Notes: generated by a model not told the origin, from the letters alone. Positions 1-9,342 are shown, counted from the first letter of the stretch. The stretch: DNA of 24,704 nucleotides from Gammaproteobacteria bacterium (GCA_018814965.1 JAHIYS010000124.1:1-24704), one strand, 5' to 3'. Program-made: numbers and translations.

Positions 1-148
1 CAACCGACGGATTACATGACATCTCACCGATGGTATCAATATTATGGGTAAGAAGAAGGGTTTTAGCGCCCATGCGAGCACAAGCATGAGCAGCCTCAAT
101 TCCAGCGTGCCCACCACCAATCACTATAATGTCGAAATTATTTTGCAA
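1..148 (-). CDS. mnmG: tRNA uridine-5-carboxymethylaminomethyl(34) synthesis enzyme MnmG/GidA, N-terminal 49 aa (runs off window start)
   Basis: Manual translation from TTG at 148: [49 protein letters not shown]. This has the FAD-binding GGGHAG and MSCNP signatures of MnmG. It is not in the ORF track. Confidence 0.95.
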   Translation of the reverse strand, partial: MQNNFDIIVIGGGHAGIEAAHACARMGAKTLLLTHNIDTIGEMSCNPSV

Positions 149-363
149 AATATTACCCTGAAAACCCAAACAACCATGCTACCAAACTGGACAAAAAGAG
201 CATAACACTAGTTATTAGTATCAACAAAAAATTTATCGAAATGAAGCCAGCTGGAGTTTTTTATGACGTAAGCAATAGAAACAAAATTAATGGAAACACC
301 CTCATGCGAACAATTTCAACAACTAGCAAATCGTTTTCTTGAAGCAACTAGCTATAAGAAGAA

Positions 364-603
364 TCATACCCCCTGCTCCAACAAGAGGCCTCTATACCCA
401 TTTGGTGTGGTTTTTGACTTCTGCTGGATGCTTCTTGACTCGCTTGGCATAACATCTCGCATACAATCCTCATCTTTAGGAAATAACCTCATTAAAGAAA
501 ACCAATCAGCAGAATTGTTACCAATGTTTCGACCGAGATCCTTTAAGGTTAGACCTAAAGAGATTTTAAATCGCCAATTCAGTTTCTTATAGTACAATCT
601 CAA
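364..603 (-). CDS. Possible small hypothetical protein (79 aa); competes with overlapping + strand ORF 290..592
   Basis: Open frame only, TTG start, no recognisable motif; may be non-coding. Confidence 0.2.
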   Translation of the reverse strand: MRLYYKKLNWRFKISLGLTLKDLGRNIGNNSADWFSLMRLFPKDEDCMRDVMPSESRSIQQKSKTTPNGYRGLLLEQGV

Positions 604-644
604 AATAACGAAGAGCGCAATATGTGGCGGTCTTATACAGCTAA

Positions 645-673
645 TTGCACCTATCAGATAATTTGTGTATAAT
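645..673 (+). promoter_or_regulatory. Putative sigma70 promoter for icmW-orf-icmX
   Basis: TTGCAC (645-650), 17-nt spacer, TATAAT (668-673), about 100 nt upstream of the icmW ATG. Confidence 0.6.
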
Positions 674-773
674 TTTTATATCTAAAAGGTATTAGCGTTA
701 CAGGGATTAAGCACCAAATCAATTTGCTCTAGAGATGGTACTTAGAAATATATTTTATTAAAACAGGAAAGTT

Positions 774-1217
774 ATGCCGGATCTTAGCAATAAAAGTTCT
801 CACGAATTTTGGCACAAATATCCAGAGCCTTCGATTTATAAAATACTGTCCTTCATGGAAGGAGTTGAAAACTGGACTCTAGATGGTGATCCTGAGTTAG
901 AAAAGATCATAAATGAACTTGGCACCACTCTTGATAATATCGGCAATATAGATCTTCAAGAGGAAGATGATTTTATTAAGATATCATCTTATATCAAAAT
1001 GGGGCGGGCTTTAAGATTACTGCAATCAATGGATGCAGCCCATCCTGGTGCAGCATCAAAAATACTAACTCATGCTGAAGCTAGCGCAAAAAATACCGAA
1101 AACACATCTGAGCTATTTCTACGACGCAATATAGTATTTGAACGTTTACGCTTGCTTGGTAGAATTTTTTCTGAAAATCGTTTAACCACTATATTACAAA
1201 TCTTGGGGGATAAATAA
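774..1217 (+). CDS. icmW: Dot/Icm T4BSS adaptor/chaperone IcmW
   Basis: MPDLS...FW start, FMEGVENWTLDGDPELE, GRALRLLQSMDAAHPGAASKIL and FLRRNIVFERLRLLGRIFS closely follow Legionella/Coxiella IcmW. Confidence 0.95.
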   Translation: MPDLSNKSSHEFWHKYPEPSIYKILSFMEGVENWTLDGDPELEKIINELGTTLDNIGNIDLQEEDDFIKISSYIKMGRALRLLQSMDAAHPGAASKILTHAEASAKNTENTSELFLRRNIVFERLRLLGRIFSENRLTTILQILGDK

Positions 1218-1219
1218 AA

Positions 1220-1678
1220 ATGCATAACATAACAAAAATAACCCTACTGACTCTTTTTATCCCGACAGTAACATTTGCCGTAACTTGCGCACCAACCGAC
1301 ACCATATGCAGAACCAAACAAAATCAATTCCTGCTAATCAAAAATACTGGAATAAAGCCCACAGAGGTTGCCAAAGCATCTACAACCACTGAAACATCAG
1401 ATGACCAAAAAAACGCGTCTAAACAATCAACCGATCGGCAGCCATTTAAAATACCATTTCCACCATTTGCTTCTAAGCCAATGACAACTTCAAACAATAA
1501 CACTGACCAAGATACTAATAACGAAGCCCCAAAACCTCAAGCAGGATCAACAACATTAAATATATTCGCCCCAACTACTGACGCCTCAAACTCAACCACA
1601 AACAAACCTAATCAAACAGATCAAAAGCAGGAACCAGCTTCTACATCTATACAACCAACAGGAATGCAATATCGTTAA
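1220..1678 (+). CDS. Secreted/periplasmic low-complexity hypothetical protein between icmW and icmX (positional equivalent of Coxiella CBU1651)
   Basis: Sec-type signal (MHNITKITLLTLFIPTVTFA), Cys pair near the mature N-terminus, T/S/N/Q/P-rich remainder. Starts 2 nt after the icmW stop and ends 23 nt before icmX. Confidence 0.75.
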   Translation: MHNITKITLLTLFIPTVTFAVTCAPTDTICRTKQNQFLLIKNTGIKPTEVAKASTTTETSDDQKNASKQSTDRQPFKIPFPPFASKPMTTSNNNTDQDTNNEAPKPQAGSTTLNIFAPTTDASNSTTNKPNQTDQKQEPASTSIQPTGMQYR

Positions 1679-1701
1679 TTAAAATAATCAAAGGAAAGCT
1701 T

Positions 1702-3045
1702 ATGAAAACAAATTTCAAATTTAAAATACTATGGGTTTTTACAGGATTAATGTTGTCATACACCCCAACACTTTTAGCACAAGATCCTACGGATGTTGTA
1801 GGCGCTATAACCGCGATGAAAAAAGAAGTTATTAAAGCTTTAAATAACACTACTCAAACTAGCATAGTAGATCAACTAAAAGCGATTAACATCCAAATGA
1901 CTACTTTATTTGATGACACATTCAAAGGTACATTTAATCCCAGCACAGGGAAAATGGAAGAAGTTGGAACTATCGACGACAAAATTACCTTATATGCTCA
2001 AAATTTTTACTCATTGTATAGCACAAAGGATTTTTCTAGCATGAATTTTATGGAAAAAAGCGACGAAAATGAGGAAGCACTACAAAAGCTACAAGCACAG
2101 ATACTCGGATATAACCTCCAACAAAGCATATCAACAAAAATTAATGATGGGAAAGCCCTTCTAGCAGAACCGATTGAAAATGGGAGCAACAATATTGATC
2201 GCGCTTCTTTAGGACTAAATCCCGATCCAGAAAAAGATAAAAGCACCTCTCCTTATGGTAGCTTAAACAGCAACTCTCCAATCGAAAGCAACGCTCCTAA
2301 TATTGAAAGTTTAATCGGTCCAGATAAATATACAGATCAAAAAATGCAGAATAAAGCAAAACTATTCATAAGCTACATTCTCCAAGCAGTACCAGCATCA
2401 AAAAACATTAGCATTCCAAGCAAAGCAGAAGCTGTAAACAACAAAGTTACCATACAACTACCATACGCAAGCCAGGATCTTCCATATACAAGCATAGAGA
2501 TATCAACAAAGGCAAGCTCGTCAGGAAGCGGGAGTGACTTAGATAATATGGAGAAATTTTTAAAGAGAAATCCTCTCTTTCAAGAATTTAAAGCAAAAAT
2601 GCGAGCAAATAACATTTTGCGCTCCCTTTATCTTCAAGGGCTAATAAGCTCATATCAAGCAAGAACTATTGATTTTGACAAAAAAGATGATAAGAGTTTA
2701 GTAGAAAGAGAAAGAGAAGCTGCAATTGCTGGCCTTGATAAACAATATTATGAGGATCTAAAGAAAATGACTGTGGCTGATGTCAATCTTGAAATTTTAT
2801 ACTCAATTAAAACTCTAAATTATTTCCTATGGAAACTCCATCAAGATAATGAGCTAAATGCGCTAGTAATAGGAGCCAGCGGCATGAGGCTAACTGCAGC
2901 AGATATGCAAGAAGAGATGCAATATCTAAAACCAATTGGCGCTCTAATTGCAAATAGGTGCTGGGATTTAGAAAGCGATGCTACCGATGAACGCAAACAA
3001 GCTTGCTCCAATCCGGCTATGGCAGCTTATATGCCAAAACAGTAA
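1702..3045 (+). CDS. icmX: Dot/Icm T4BSS periplasmic protein IcmX
   Basis: 447 aa with a signal peptide (…PTLLA|QDP). Contains NAPNIESLIGPDKY (cf. LNxxSLIxP motif) and a helical C-terminus like IcmX/TraW. Same operon as icmW. The call leans partly on synteny. Confidence 0.75.
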   Translation: MKTNFKFKILWVFTGLMLSYTPTLLAQDPTDVVGAITAMKKEVIKALNNTTQTSIVDQLKAINIQMTTLFDDTFKGTFNPSTGKMEEVGTIDDKITLYAQNFYSLYSTKDFSSMNFMEKSDENEEALQKLQAQILGYNLQQSISTKINDGKALLAEPIENGSNNIDRASLGLNPDPEKDKSTSPYGSLNSNSPIESNAPNIESLIGPDKYTDQKMQNKAKLFISYILQAVPASKNISIPSKAEAVNNKVTIQLPYASQDLPYTSIEISTKASSSGSGSDLDNMEKFLKRNPLFQEFKAKMRANNILRSLYLQGLISSYQARTIDFDKKDDKSLVEREREAAIAGLDKQYYEDLKKMTVADVNLEILYSIKTLNYFLWKLHQDNELNALVIGASGMRLTAADMQEEMQYLKPIGALIANRCWDLESDATDERKQACSNPAMAAYMPKQ

Positions 3046-3106
3046 GCATAGGGACAACTACAATCCTTATGGTTGTCTTACACGATTTGACATAGTTCAA
3101 TGTTTT

Positions 3107-3135
3107 CTGGGCCCCGTTCTTCAACGGGGCGACAG
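3107..3135 (-). repeat. REP-like palindrome CTGTC-GCCCCGTT-GAAG-AACGGGGC-CCAG
   Basis: Perfect 8-bp stem 3111-3118/3123-3130 with GTC…CCAG flanks on the minus strand, in the convergent icmX/hldE intergenic region. Confidence 0.6.
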
Positions 3136-3361
3136 AGTTCAATAAATATCACTATACGAAAGTTGTTGTCCCGTTGTTTGGCATAACTTAATGTTTGTCG
3201 TCTGGTAACTAACACCTATCGTCGAGCGACTTTATCGCGGAATCCGAAATGTTGTTTTAATCACAGCTGATCTAATTAGAATTTTTTTACTATTTTCCTC
3301 AGGTCCTGAGTTTTTCAACGAGCAGGCAAAATACTATAGCTGTCATCCAACACCCAACATA

Positions 3362-4783
3362 TTAATCTTTAATTCTATCCAACATCAATGTTGTAGAAAA
3401 ACCATCTTCAAAAGGGATAATTACTACCTCATTACCCTGACTTAAAACATGATCGGATCCAGCAATTTCATGCACCTTATAATCACCACCCTTAACCAAA
3501 ATATCAGGATTAATTAATTTGATTAAGCGCTCTGGAGTATCTTCAGAAAAGAGAGCTACCCAATCCACAGAACCCAAAGCAGCTAAAACTAACATACGAT
3601 CTTGTACTTTATTAATCGGTCTTTTAGGACCTTTTAAGCGGGATACTGAAGCATCATCATTTACAATTACAATCAATCTTTGACCAAGAGCTTTTGCTTT
3701 TTCTAAATAGATCACGTGACCAGAATGTAAAATATCAAAACATCCATTGGTAACAACAATTTTTTCACCATGTGCTCGCGCATCTTTAACCTGCTGCAAC
3801 AAATGTTCTTCATCCACAACACCTGCCCATGGATTTTGCTGATGTTGCATTGCGCGTCTTAATTCAGAAATTGAAATTGTTGATGTACCCAACTTCTTCA
3901 CCACTTCACCCGCTGCAATATTAGCAATGAGCATGGCATCATGCAACTCTTCACCAGCAGCCATCGCTGCTCCTAAAGCAGCGATAACAGTATCACCAGC
4001 TCCAGTTACATCATAAACCTCACGCGCTTTTGTTGGTAAATGGATAACTGGCTTATCTTTACAAACCAAGCTCATGCCATGAGCACCACGAGTAATTAAA
4101 ATTGCTTCAAAATTATATTGTTGCAATAACTGCCTCGCTTTAGATTCAATTTCAGCCTCATCACGGCAATGACCAACTACAGCTTCAAATTCTGCCATAT
4201 TTGGCTTAATTACTGTAGCTCCCCGATAAATACTAAAATCTTTGCTTTTGGGATCTACTAAAACAGGCTTCTGCATTTTGCGTGCAAGCTCAATTAATTT
4301 TGTACTATGCTGTAATGTCCCCTTACCATAATCGGATAGAATTACTAAATTGCTATCAGTTAACCGAGTAATATATGCGTTAAAAAATGATTCATCTCCC
4401 CAATCACCAAAATGTTTTTCAAAATCCAAACGGATCAATTGCTGGCTTTGACCAATCACACGCAATTTACAAATAGTAGTGGCATCTGGAACCCGCACTA
4501 AACAATGCGCTATTCCTTCATGATCAAGACCTTTTTCAATAGTTTCTGCAACATGGTCATTCCCAACCAAACCTAAAAGACTGGCCTTACCACCAAGTGC
4601 ATTAATGTTAAAAGCAACATTACCGGCACCACCCACGCGCTCTTCAATATTCTGTACATGCACCACGGGTATAGGAGCTTCAGGAGAGATACGGGATACA
4701 TCTCCTCGCCAATATCTATCAAGCATCACATCCCCAACCACAAGAACTTTAGCTTTTTCAAACGCTGGGATTTTTATTTTCAT
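3362..4783 (-). CDS. hldE: Bifunctional ADP-heptose synthase HldE (heptose-7-P kinase + heptose-1-P adenylyltransferase)
   Basis: GDVMLDRYW, SRISPEAP, SDYGKG, DVTGAGDTV (PfkB kinase); NGCFDILHSGH (HxGH) and KGGDY (cytidylyltransferase-like). Confidence 0.97.
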   Translation of the reverse strand: MKIKIPAFEKAKVLVVGDVMLDRYWRGDVSRISPEAPIPVVHVQNIEERVGGAGNVAFNINALGGKASLLGLVGNDHVAETIEKGLDHEGIAHCLVRVPDATTICKLRVIGQSQQLIRLDFEKHFGDWGDESFFNAYITRLTDSNLVILSDYGKGTLQHSTKLIELARKMQKPVLVDPKSKDFSIYRGATVIKPNMAEFEAVVGHCRDEAEIESKARQLLQQYNFEAILITRGAHGMSLVCKDKPVIHLPTKAREVYDVTGAGDTVIAALGAAMAAGEELHDAMLIANIAAGEVVKKLGTSTISISELRRAMQHQQNPWAGVVDEEHLLQQVKDARAHGEKIVVTNGCFDILHSGHVIYLEKAKALGQRLIVIVNDDASVSRLKGPKRPINKVQDRMLVLAALGSVDWVALFSEDTPERLIKLINPDILVKGGDYKVHEIAGSDHVLSQGNEVVIIPFEDGFSTTLMLDRIKD

Positions 4784-4831
4784 ATGATCTAATTTTTTTA
4801 TTTATCATTTAAATTCATTAGGAACGTATAC

Positions 4832-5323
4832 TTAGGATATTTTACGCTCATGATTCAATAACCACATTTTAATTTTAAGAGTAGTTTGGCCAGTTTTACC
4901 ACAATAACCACCCAAACCTGAAGCTGCAACCACACGATGACAAGGTATAATAATTGGCACAGGATTTCGGCGACAAGCATTACCGATAACCCTAGGGCTA
5001 GTCTTAATAATTTTTGCCAACTCCCCGTAAGTTATAGTTGCACCAACTGGAATTGTTCGCAACAACCTCCAGATTTTTTGTTGTAGCACCGTGCCACTAA
5101 GATTTATTGTTAAATTAAATTTCGAATTTGGATCGCAAAAATATTTTTTTATTTTAGATATAATACGTTTTGCTGCAAGACTGTTAGGAGGAATCAAAGG
5201 TATACTAGGGGACAAAAAATCAATTCGCGCAATTTTCTTGTCGACAATCACTACACCCAACTTACCTAGAATGCTATTTATCACACTGTCGTACTTAAGC
5301 TGCTTCTTCTTGTACAACCTCAT
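4832..5323 (-). CDS. ogt: Methylated-DNA-[protein]-cysteine S-methyltransferase
   Basis: [40 protein letters not shown] and active-site PCHRV. Likely start is ATG 5323, overlapping the rplS 3' end by 29 nt; the ORF-track start 5410 lies deep inside rplS. Confidence 0.9.
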   Translation of the reverse strand: MRLYKKKQLKYDSVINSILGKLGVVIVDKKIARIDFLSPSIPLIPPNSLAAKRIISKIKKYFCDPNSKFNLTINLSGTVLQQKIWRLLRTIPVGATITYGELAKIIKTSPRVIGNACRRNPVPIIIPCHRVVAASGLGGYCGKTGQTTLKIKMWLLNHERKIS

Positions 5324-5678
5324 CCTTTCGTACCATTTTTTCACGAATTCTAGCCTTACGACCAGATAGTTCACGGAGATGATATAGCTTTGCTTTACGC
5401 ACATCACCACGACGCTTAAGAGTGATGCTTTCGATTTGTGGGCTATAGGTTTGAAAAACTCTTTCTACACCTTCATCATGAGATATTTTACGAACAGTAA
5501 AAGATGAGTTAATTCCACGATTCTTTTTTGCAATAACAACCCCTTCATATGCTTGAAGACGTTCACGCTCCCCTTCTTTAATTTTTAGCTTAACGACTAC
5601 TGTATCCCCGATGGAAAATTTTGTAATCGTCTTATCTTTTATTTGCTCGTTTTCAAGCTGTTGAATTATATGCTGCAT
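5295..5678 (-). CDS. rplS: 50S ribosomal protein L19
   Basis: [37 protein letters not shown] and [21 protein letters not shown] before ATG 5678. Confidence 0.97.
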   Translation of the reverse strand: MQHIIQQLENEQIKDKTITKFSIGDTVVVKLKIKEGERERLQAYEGVVIAKKNRGINSSFTVRKISHDEGVERVFQTYSPQIESITLKRRGDVRKAKLYHLRELSGRKARIREKMVRKDEVVQEEAA

Positions 5679-5688
5679 GTACACTACC

Positions 5689-6429
5689 TCAAAATGATGT
5701 TTGATCTTTAATAAATTCATTTAATAACATTCTATCTGCTGCTGTCAACTCGATTTTTGCTAATAATTCAGGTCTTTTGAGCCAAGTGCGCCCAAGAGCC
5801 TGTTTTTTCCTAAAATGGTCTATTTCAGCATGGTTACCACTCAACAATACCGCTGGAACTTTATACCCTTCTATCTCCTCAGGCCGCGTATAATGAGGAT
5901 AATCAAGCAATCCACCAACAAAAGAGTCCTGCTCTACAGAACCCGCATCCCCAACCACTCCTGGCAACTGTCTTGTAACCGCATCAATAATAACCATTGA
6001 CGCCAATTCACCACCACTTAAAACATAATCACCAATCGATACCTCTATTCCAGGCTCAATTTTCATTAAGCGCTCATCAATCCCTTCATAACGACCAGAC
6101 ACCAAAATTAGTCGTTTCTTGGTAGTTAGATCCATAACTAAATCATGGTCTAATAACTTACCTTGGGGCGTTAAATAAACCACCAGAGTCTCAGCGCCAT
6201 CATCTTTACGAGCAGCTTGGATTGCTGCTTGCAAAGGAGGAACCATCATCACCATTCCTGGGCCACCACCATAAGGACTATCATCAATCTTATGGTAATT
6301 ATCTTTAGTATAATCTCTTGGATTCCAACAATTCAGGCTAATTAGATCGTTCTCTTTTGCACGCCCAACAACACCGTAATCTATAGCAGCAAACATTTCT
6401 GGAAACAGCGTGACTATATCAAATCGCAT
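5689..6429 (-). CDS. trmD: tRNA (guanine-N1)-methyltransferase TrmD
   Basis: [46 protein letters not shown] and [10 protein letters not shown]. Start ATG 6429. Confidence 0.97.
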   Translation of the reverse strand: MRFDIVTLFPEMFAAIDYGVVGRAKENDLISLNCWNPRDYTKDNYHKIDDSPYGGGPGMVMMVPPLQAAIQAARKDDGAETLVVYLTPQGKLLDHDLVMDLTTKKRLILVSGRYEGIDERLMKIEPGIEVSIGDYVLSGGELASMVIIDAVTRQLPGVVGDAGSVEQDSFVGGLLDYPHYTRPEEIEGYKVPAVLLSGNHAEIDHFRKKQALGRTWLKRPELLAKIELTAADRMLLNEFIKDQTSF

Positions 6430-6475
6430 ACTATCAACCCCAATCATTCTGCCATTTCAAATTCAAAGCTTAAAA

Positions 6476-6988
6476 TTATAAAAAATCCTCGCCCCAATCT
6501 ACATGGATAGACTTATTAGGCAAATCAACATTAACAATAACACTTGAAACATATGGAATTAGACGCTTACTATCACCCATAACAACTAAAACATCATTTG
6601 ATCCGGTCGCCAGTAGGCTCTGTACCACCCCTAACTTCACACCGTCTGTATTAATAACCTCCAGACCAATAAGATCGTCCCAATAATATTCGTCATTTGA
6701 TAACTTAGGTAATTGTTCCCGCAAAATATTAATATCAATATTAGTGAAACTAGATACCTCTTCTGGCGAATTACAACTAGCCAACTTTACGATAATACTA
6801 CCAACACGGCTTTTACTTGACTCAAAATAGAGCTCTTCCCACTGATCATTTTTTCGAATTAACCACGGTTGGAAATCAAGAATATTTTCTCTGGGGGTCG
6901 TAAAAGATATGATTTTAATCCATCCCAAAACACCGAAGGCCCTACCAAAGCGCCCCACCATTACAGGAGATGAAACAGAAGATGTCAT
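6476..6988 (-). CDS. rimM: 16S rRNA processing protein RimM
   Basis: VGRFGRAFGVLGWIKI, DEYYWDDLIGLEV, LATGSNDVLVV and RLIPY; canonical position in the operon. Confidence 0.95.
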   Translation of the reverse strand: MTSSVSSPVMVGRFGRAFGVLGWIKIISFTTPRENILDFQPWLIRKNDQWEELYFESSKSRVGSIIVKLASCNSPEEVSSFTNIDINILREQLPKLSNDEYYWDDLIGLEVINTDGVKLGVVQSLLATGSNDVLVVMGDSKRLIPYVSSVIVNVDLPNKSIHVDWGEDFL

Positions 6989-6991
6989 AAA

Positions 6992-7408
6992 TTACTTAGA
7001 TTCTGCAGCCACTTCGGCTTCAGGTTCAGCTACTTCTTCTTTAACTTCAGCAGCTTTTTCAGCCTCTTCTAGCTTAGCTTTAGCTTCTTCTAGTTTAACC
7101 TTAGCTTCCTCTTTCTTCTTAGCTTTATGGGCTTGTTCCTTCACTTCTCTTTTTTCAAGAATCTCTGGTTTATCAAGTTCGCGTAATAAATTTTTCACTC
7201 GATCTGATGGTTGCGCACCTTGGCCAATCCAATGAGTTACACGTTCCTTATCAAGCTCGAGCCTCTTTTCACCGCCAACGGCAATAGGATTAAAATAACC
7301 CAAATGCTCGATATATTTACCATCACGAGCTGCACGACGATCAGCAACCACAACCTTATAAAACGGTCTTTTTTTACTGCCACCACGAGATAAACGTATT
7401 ACTACCAT
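6992..7408 (-). CDS. rpsP: 30S ribosomal protein S16 with long E/K/A-rich C-terminal extension
   Basis: [41 protein letters not shown]…[12 protein letters not shown] followed by about 55 charged residues. Confidence 0.97.
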   Translation of the reverse strand: MVVIRLSRGGSKKRPFYKVVVADRRAARDGKYIEHLGYFNPIAVGGEKRLELDKERVTHWIGQGAQPSDRVKNLLRELDKPEILEKREVKEQAHKAKKKEEAKVKLEEAKAKLEEAEKAAEVKEEVAEPEAEVAAESK

Positions 7409-7507
7409 ATTGATGCCTATAGCCTCTTATTAAATTGTTCTGTCCCCACATAAAAATTTATCCTATCAAAAACAGGAACCGCAGGGAATATATCCATTAG
7501 GGGTGCG

Positions 7508-7536
7508 ATTGTACGTGAAAAAAATGTATTTGAAAA
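7508..7536 (-). promoter_or_regulatory. Putative sigma70 promoter of the rpsP operon
   Basis: Minus strand TTTTCA (7536-7531), 17-nt spacer, TACAAT (7513-7508), 100 nt upstream of rpsP. Confidence 0.45.
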
Positions 7537-7548
7537 GAGCAATAATAA

Positions 7549-7582
7549 ATTAAAAACCCTTTGAATTCAAAGGGTTTTTAAT
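7549..7582. terminator. 34-bp perfect palindrome with bidirectional intrinsic-terminator geometry
   Basis: ATTAAAAACCCTTTGAA|TTCAAAGGGTTTTTAAT is exactly self-complementary, with A5/T5 tracts on both sides. Confidence 0.5.
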
Positions 7583-7688
7583 AAAAATGGAATTTATTAA
7601 ATTTATATTGGCATTTTATACCATCATGCCATAATCACCCAGGGAACTTAATGTTTTGCCCAAAGATCGAATATAAGGATTTACAATC

Positions 7689-9116
7689 ATGACAAAAACA
7701 ATGCTACGAGTCATTTTCTTTTTTTTACTCTCTCTTACAGCGCAAACCGCCACCTCGAGCAACCCAGCCCTAATTCAAGGAAAAATTAACAACGCATTGA
7801 AAAAATACAACCCTAACATCAATGCTGGAATAGTTGTCAGATCCATCACACAAGATAAAATTCTTTATCAAAAAAATCCCCATCAATTATTCCTACCAGC
7901 GAGCACCTTAAAAATATTGTCATCAATTGCAGCTCTTTCTTTTTTAGGCGTAGATTATCGCTTCCAAACCAAGATTTTGACAAAAAACATTGACGTCGAC
8001 CATGGGATCATAAACAACGATCTTTATATATATTTTGATGGCGATCCATCTTTGACTAAAAAAGATATTGATAATATTGTAATGAAACTCGCCGATATGG
8101 GATTAAAAACAATTAACGGGAATATTTATATTGATGACACTGTTTTTGATAATTCTCTTTTAGCTGACGGTTGGTTATGGGGGGATCTTAATTATTGTGG
8201 TTCTGCTCCTATTGGCGCCATAATTATTGATAAAAATTGCTTCGGATTGAAATTAATCGCACAAAAATCTGAACAGCCAGCAATTCTTGCTAACAATATA
8301 AATTATGTATCCGTAGTCAACAGTGTAATCTCAAAAAATCCTGGGCCAGATAGCAAAGGATGCTCTCTCAAACTACAAGCTTCTGGCAATAACAACTACC
8401 ATGTATCTGGTTGCTTAAAAACCCACAGTAAGCCACAATATATTTTTACAACTATCCGCAATACCCGCTTATATGCTAAAAATCTGCTACTTGAACAGTT
8501 ACAAGCTAATGATATTAAATTAACCGGGGCCATTGAATTAAAAAAAATACCACAAAATGAACCCCTCACTATTTTAGTTGAGCATCAATCATCACCTTTA
8601 TCAGATCTAACTAAAATTTCTCTAAAACAATCTGACAATACTTTTGCCGACGCTATTTACAAAAAACTCGGGGCTTCATTTTTCAATAAGCAATCCTCTT
8701 GGCAAAGCAGCGCCAAAGCGGTGAAAACAATCTTAGAATCAAAAACCAGAAAATCATTCAATCAAATGTATATGGAGGATGGATCAGGTTTATCACGTTA
8801 TAATCTAATAACACCAACACTATTGGTAACAGCATTAGACTTTGCTTACCGTGATGAAACAATTAAACGAAGCTTTATAAATTCGTTGTCATTTACAGGA
8901 ATAAACGGCACTTTAAAAAATCGGATGCCAAATTTAAAGCATCGTCTCTATGCTAAAACCGGCAATATGGCAAATTCTTCATCACTAGCTGGATACATCA
9001 AAACCAAAAACCAAGAGATCATAGCATTTGCAATTATCATAAATTCATTTTTGGACAGCCCTAAGAAATATCACAAACTTCAAGATGAGATTTGTAATGT
9101 TTTAGCAAATAGCTAG
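7689..9116 (+). CDS. dacB: D-alanyl-D-alanine carboxypeptidase/endopeptidase (PBP4, peptidase S13)
   Basis: Signal peptide; PASTLK (SxxK), SDN (SxN) and AKTG (KTG) motifs; DGDPSL, WLWGD and DGSGLSRYN. Confidence 0.95.
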   Translation: MTKTMLRVIFFFLLSLTAQTATSSNPALIQGKINNALKKYNPNINAGIVVRSITQDKILYQKNPHQLFLPASTLKILSSIAALSFLGVDYRFQTKILTKNIDVDHGIINNDLYIYFDGDPSLTKKDIDNIVMKLADMGLKTINGNIYIDDTVFDNSLLADGWLWGDLNYCGSAPIGAIIIDKNCFGLKLIAQKSEQPAILANNINYVSVVNSVISKNPGPDSKGCSLKLQASGNNNYHVSGCLKTHSKPQYIFTTIRNTRLYAKNLLLEQLQANDIKLTGAIELKKIPQNEPLTILVEHQSSPLSDLTKISLKQSDNTFADAIYKKLGASFFNKQSSWQSSAKAVKTILESKTRKSFNQMYMEDGSGLSRYNLITPTLLVTALDFAYRDETIKRSFINSLSFTGINGTLKNRMPNLKHRLYAKTGNMANSSSLAGYIKTKNQEIIAFAIIINSFLDSPKKYHKLQDEICNVLANS

Positions 9117-9127
9117 GATATAAAATT

Positions 9128-9202
9128 GGGGTATAGTCTCAACAATTAACAATATTGCTAATACTTAATGATACCTAGTCTCAACAGTTAACATATTGCT
9201 AA
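9128..9202 (+). repeat. Two degenerate tandem copies related to the transposase-flanking 25-bp repeat
   Basis: 9128-9152 GGGGTATAGTCTCAACAATTAACAA matches GGGGTCAAGTCTCAACAACCGACAA at 20/25. TAGTCTCAACA(A/G)TTAACA(A)TATTGCTAA occurs at 9134-9161 and 9176-9202. Confidence 0.65.
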
Positions 9203-9310
9203 GTTTTAATAATTCCGGAACTATCTCAATCACTGTCGTCCCGTTTTCAACGAAGCCAATAATTATTAATTATCGATACTTAATGGGCCTGTCGCAATCT
9301 GAAAGTATTT

Positions 9311-9342
9311 GTCATTCCCGCATGCTTTTGGCGGGAATCCAG
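9311..9342 (+). repeat. REP-like palindrome GTC-ATTCCCGC-N9-GCGGGAAT-CCAG
   Basis: Perfect 8-bp stem 9314-9321/9331-9338, abutting the stop codon of the GIY-YIG fragment. Confidence 0.75.

Noticed and set aside
150-603. icmV remnant on the minus strand
   Set aside because: Manual translation gave hydrophobic pieces but many stops and no IcmV-like motifs; the hydrophobicity follows from the T-rich strand.
149-773. oriC upstream of mnmG
   Set aside because: Only one good DnaA box (TTATACACA, minus 664-672, overlapping the icmW -10) and a single GATC; no box cluster.
4832-5410. rplS/ogt overlap as a novel arrangement; ORF-track start at 5410
   Set aside because: The long start lies within rplS. 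An ogt gene trailing the rpsP operon is plausible ordinary synteny.
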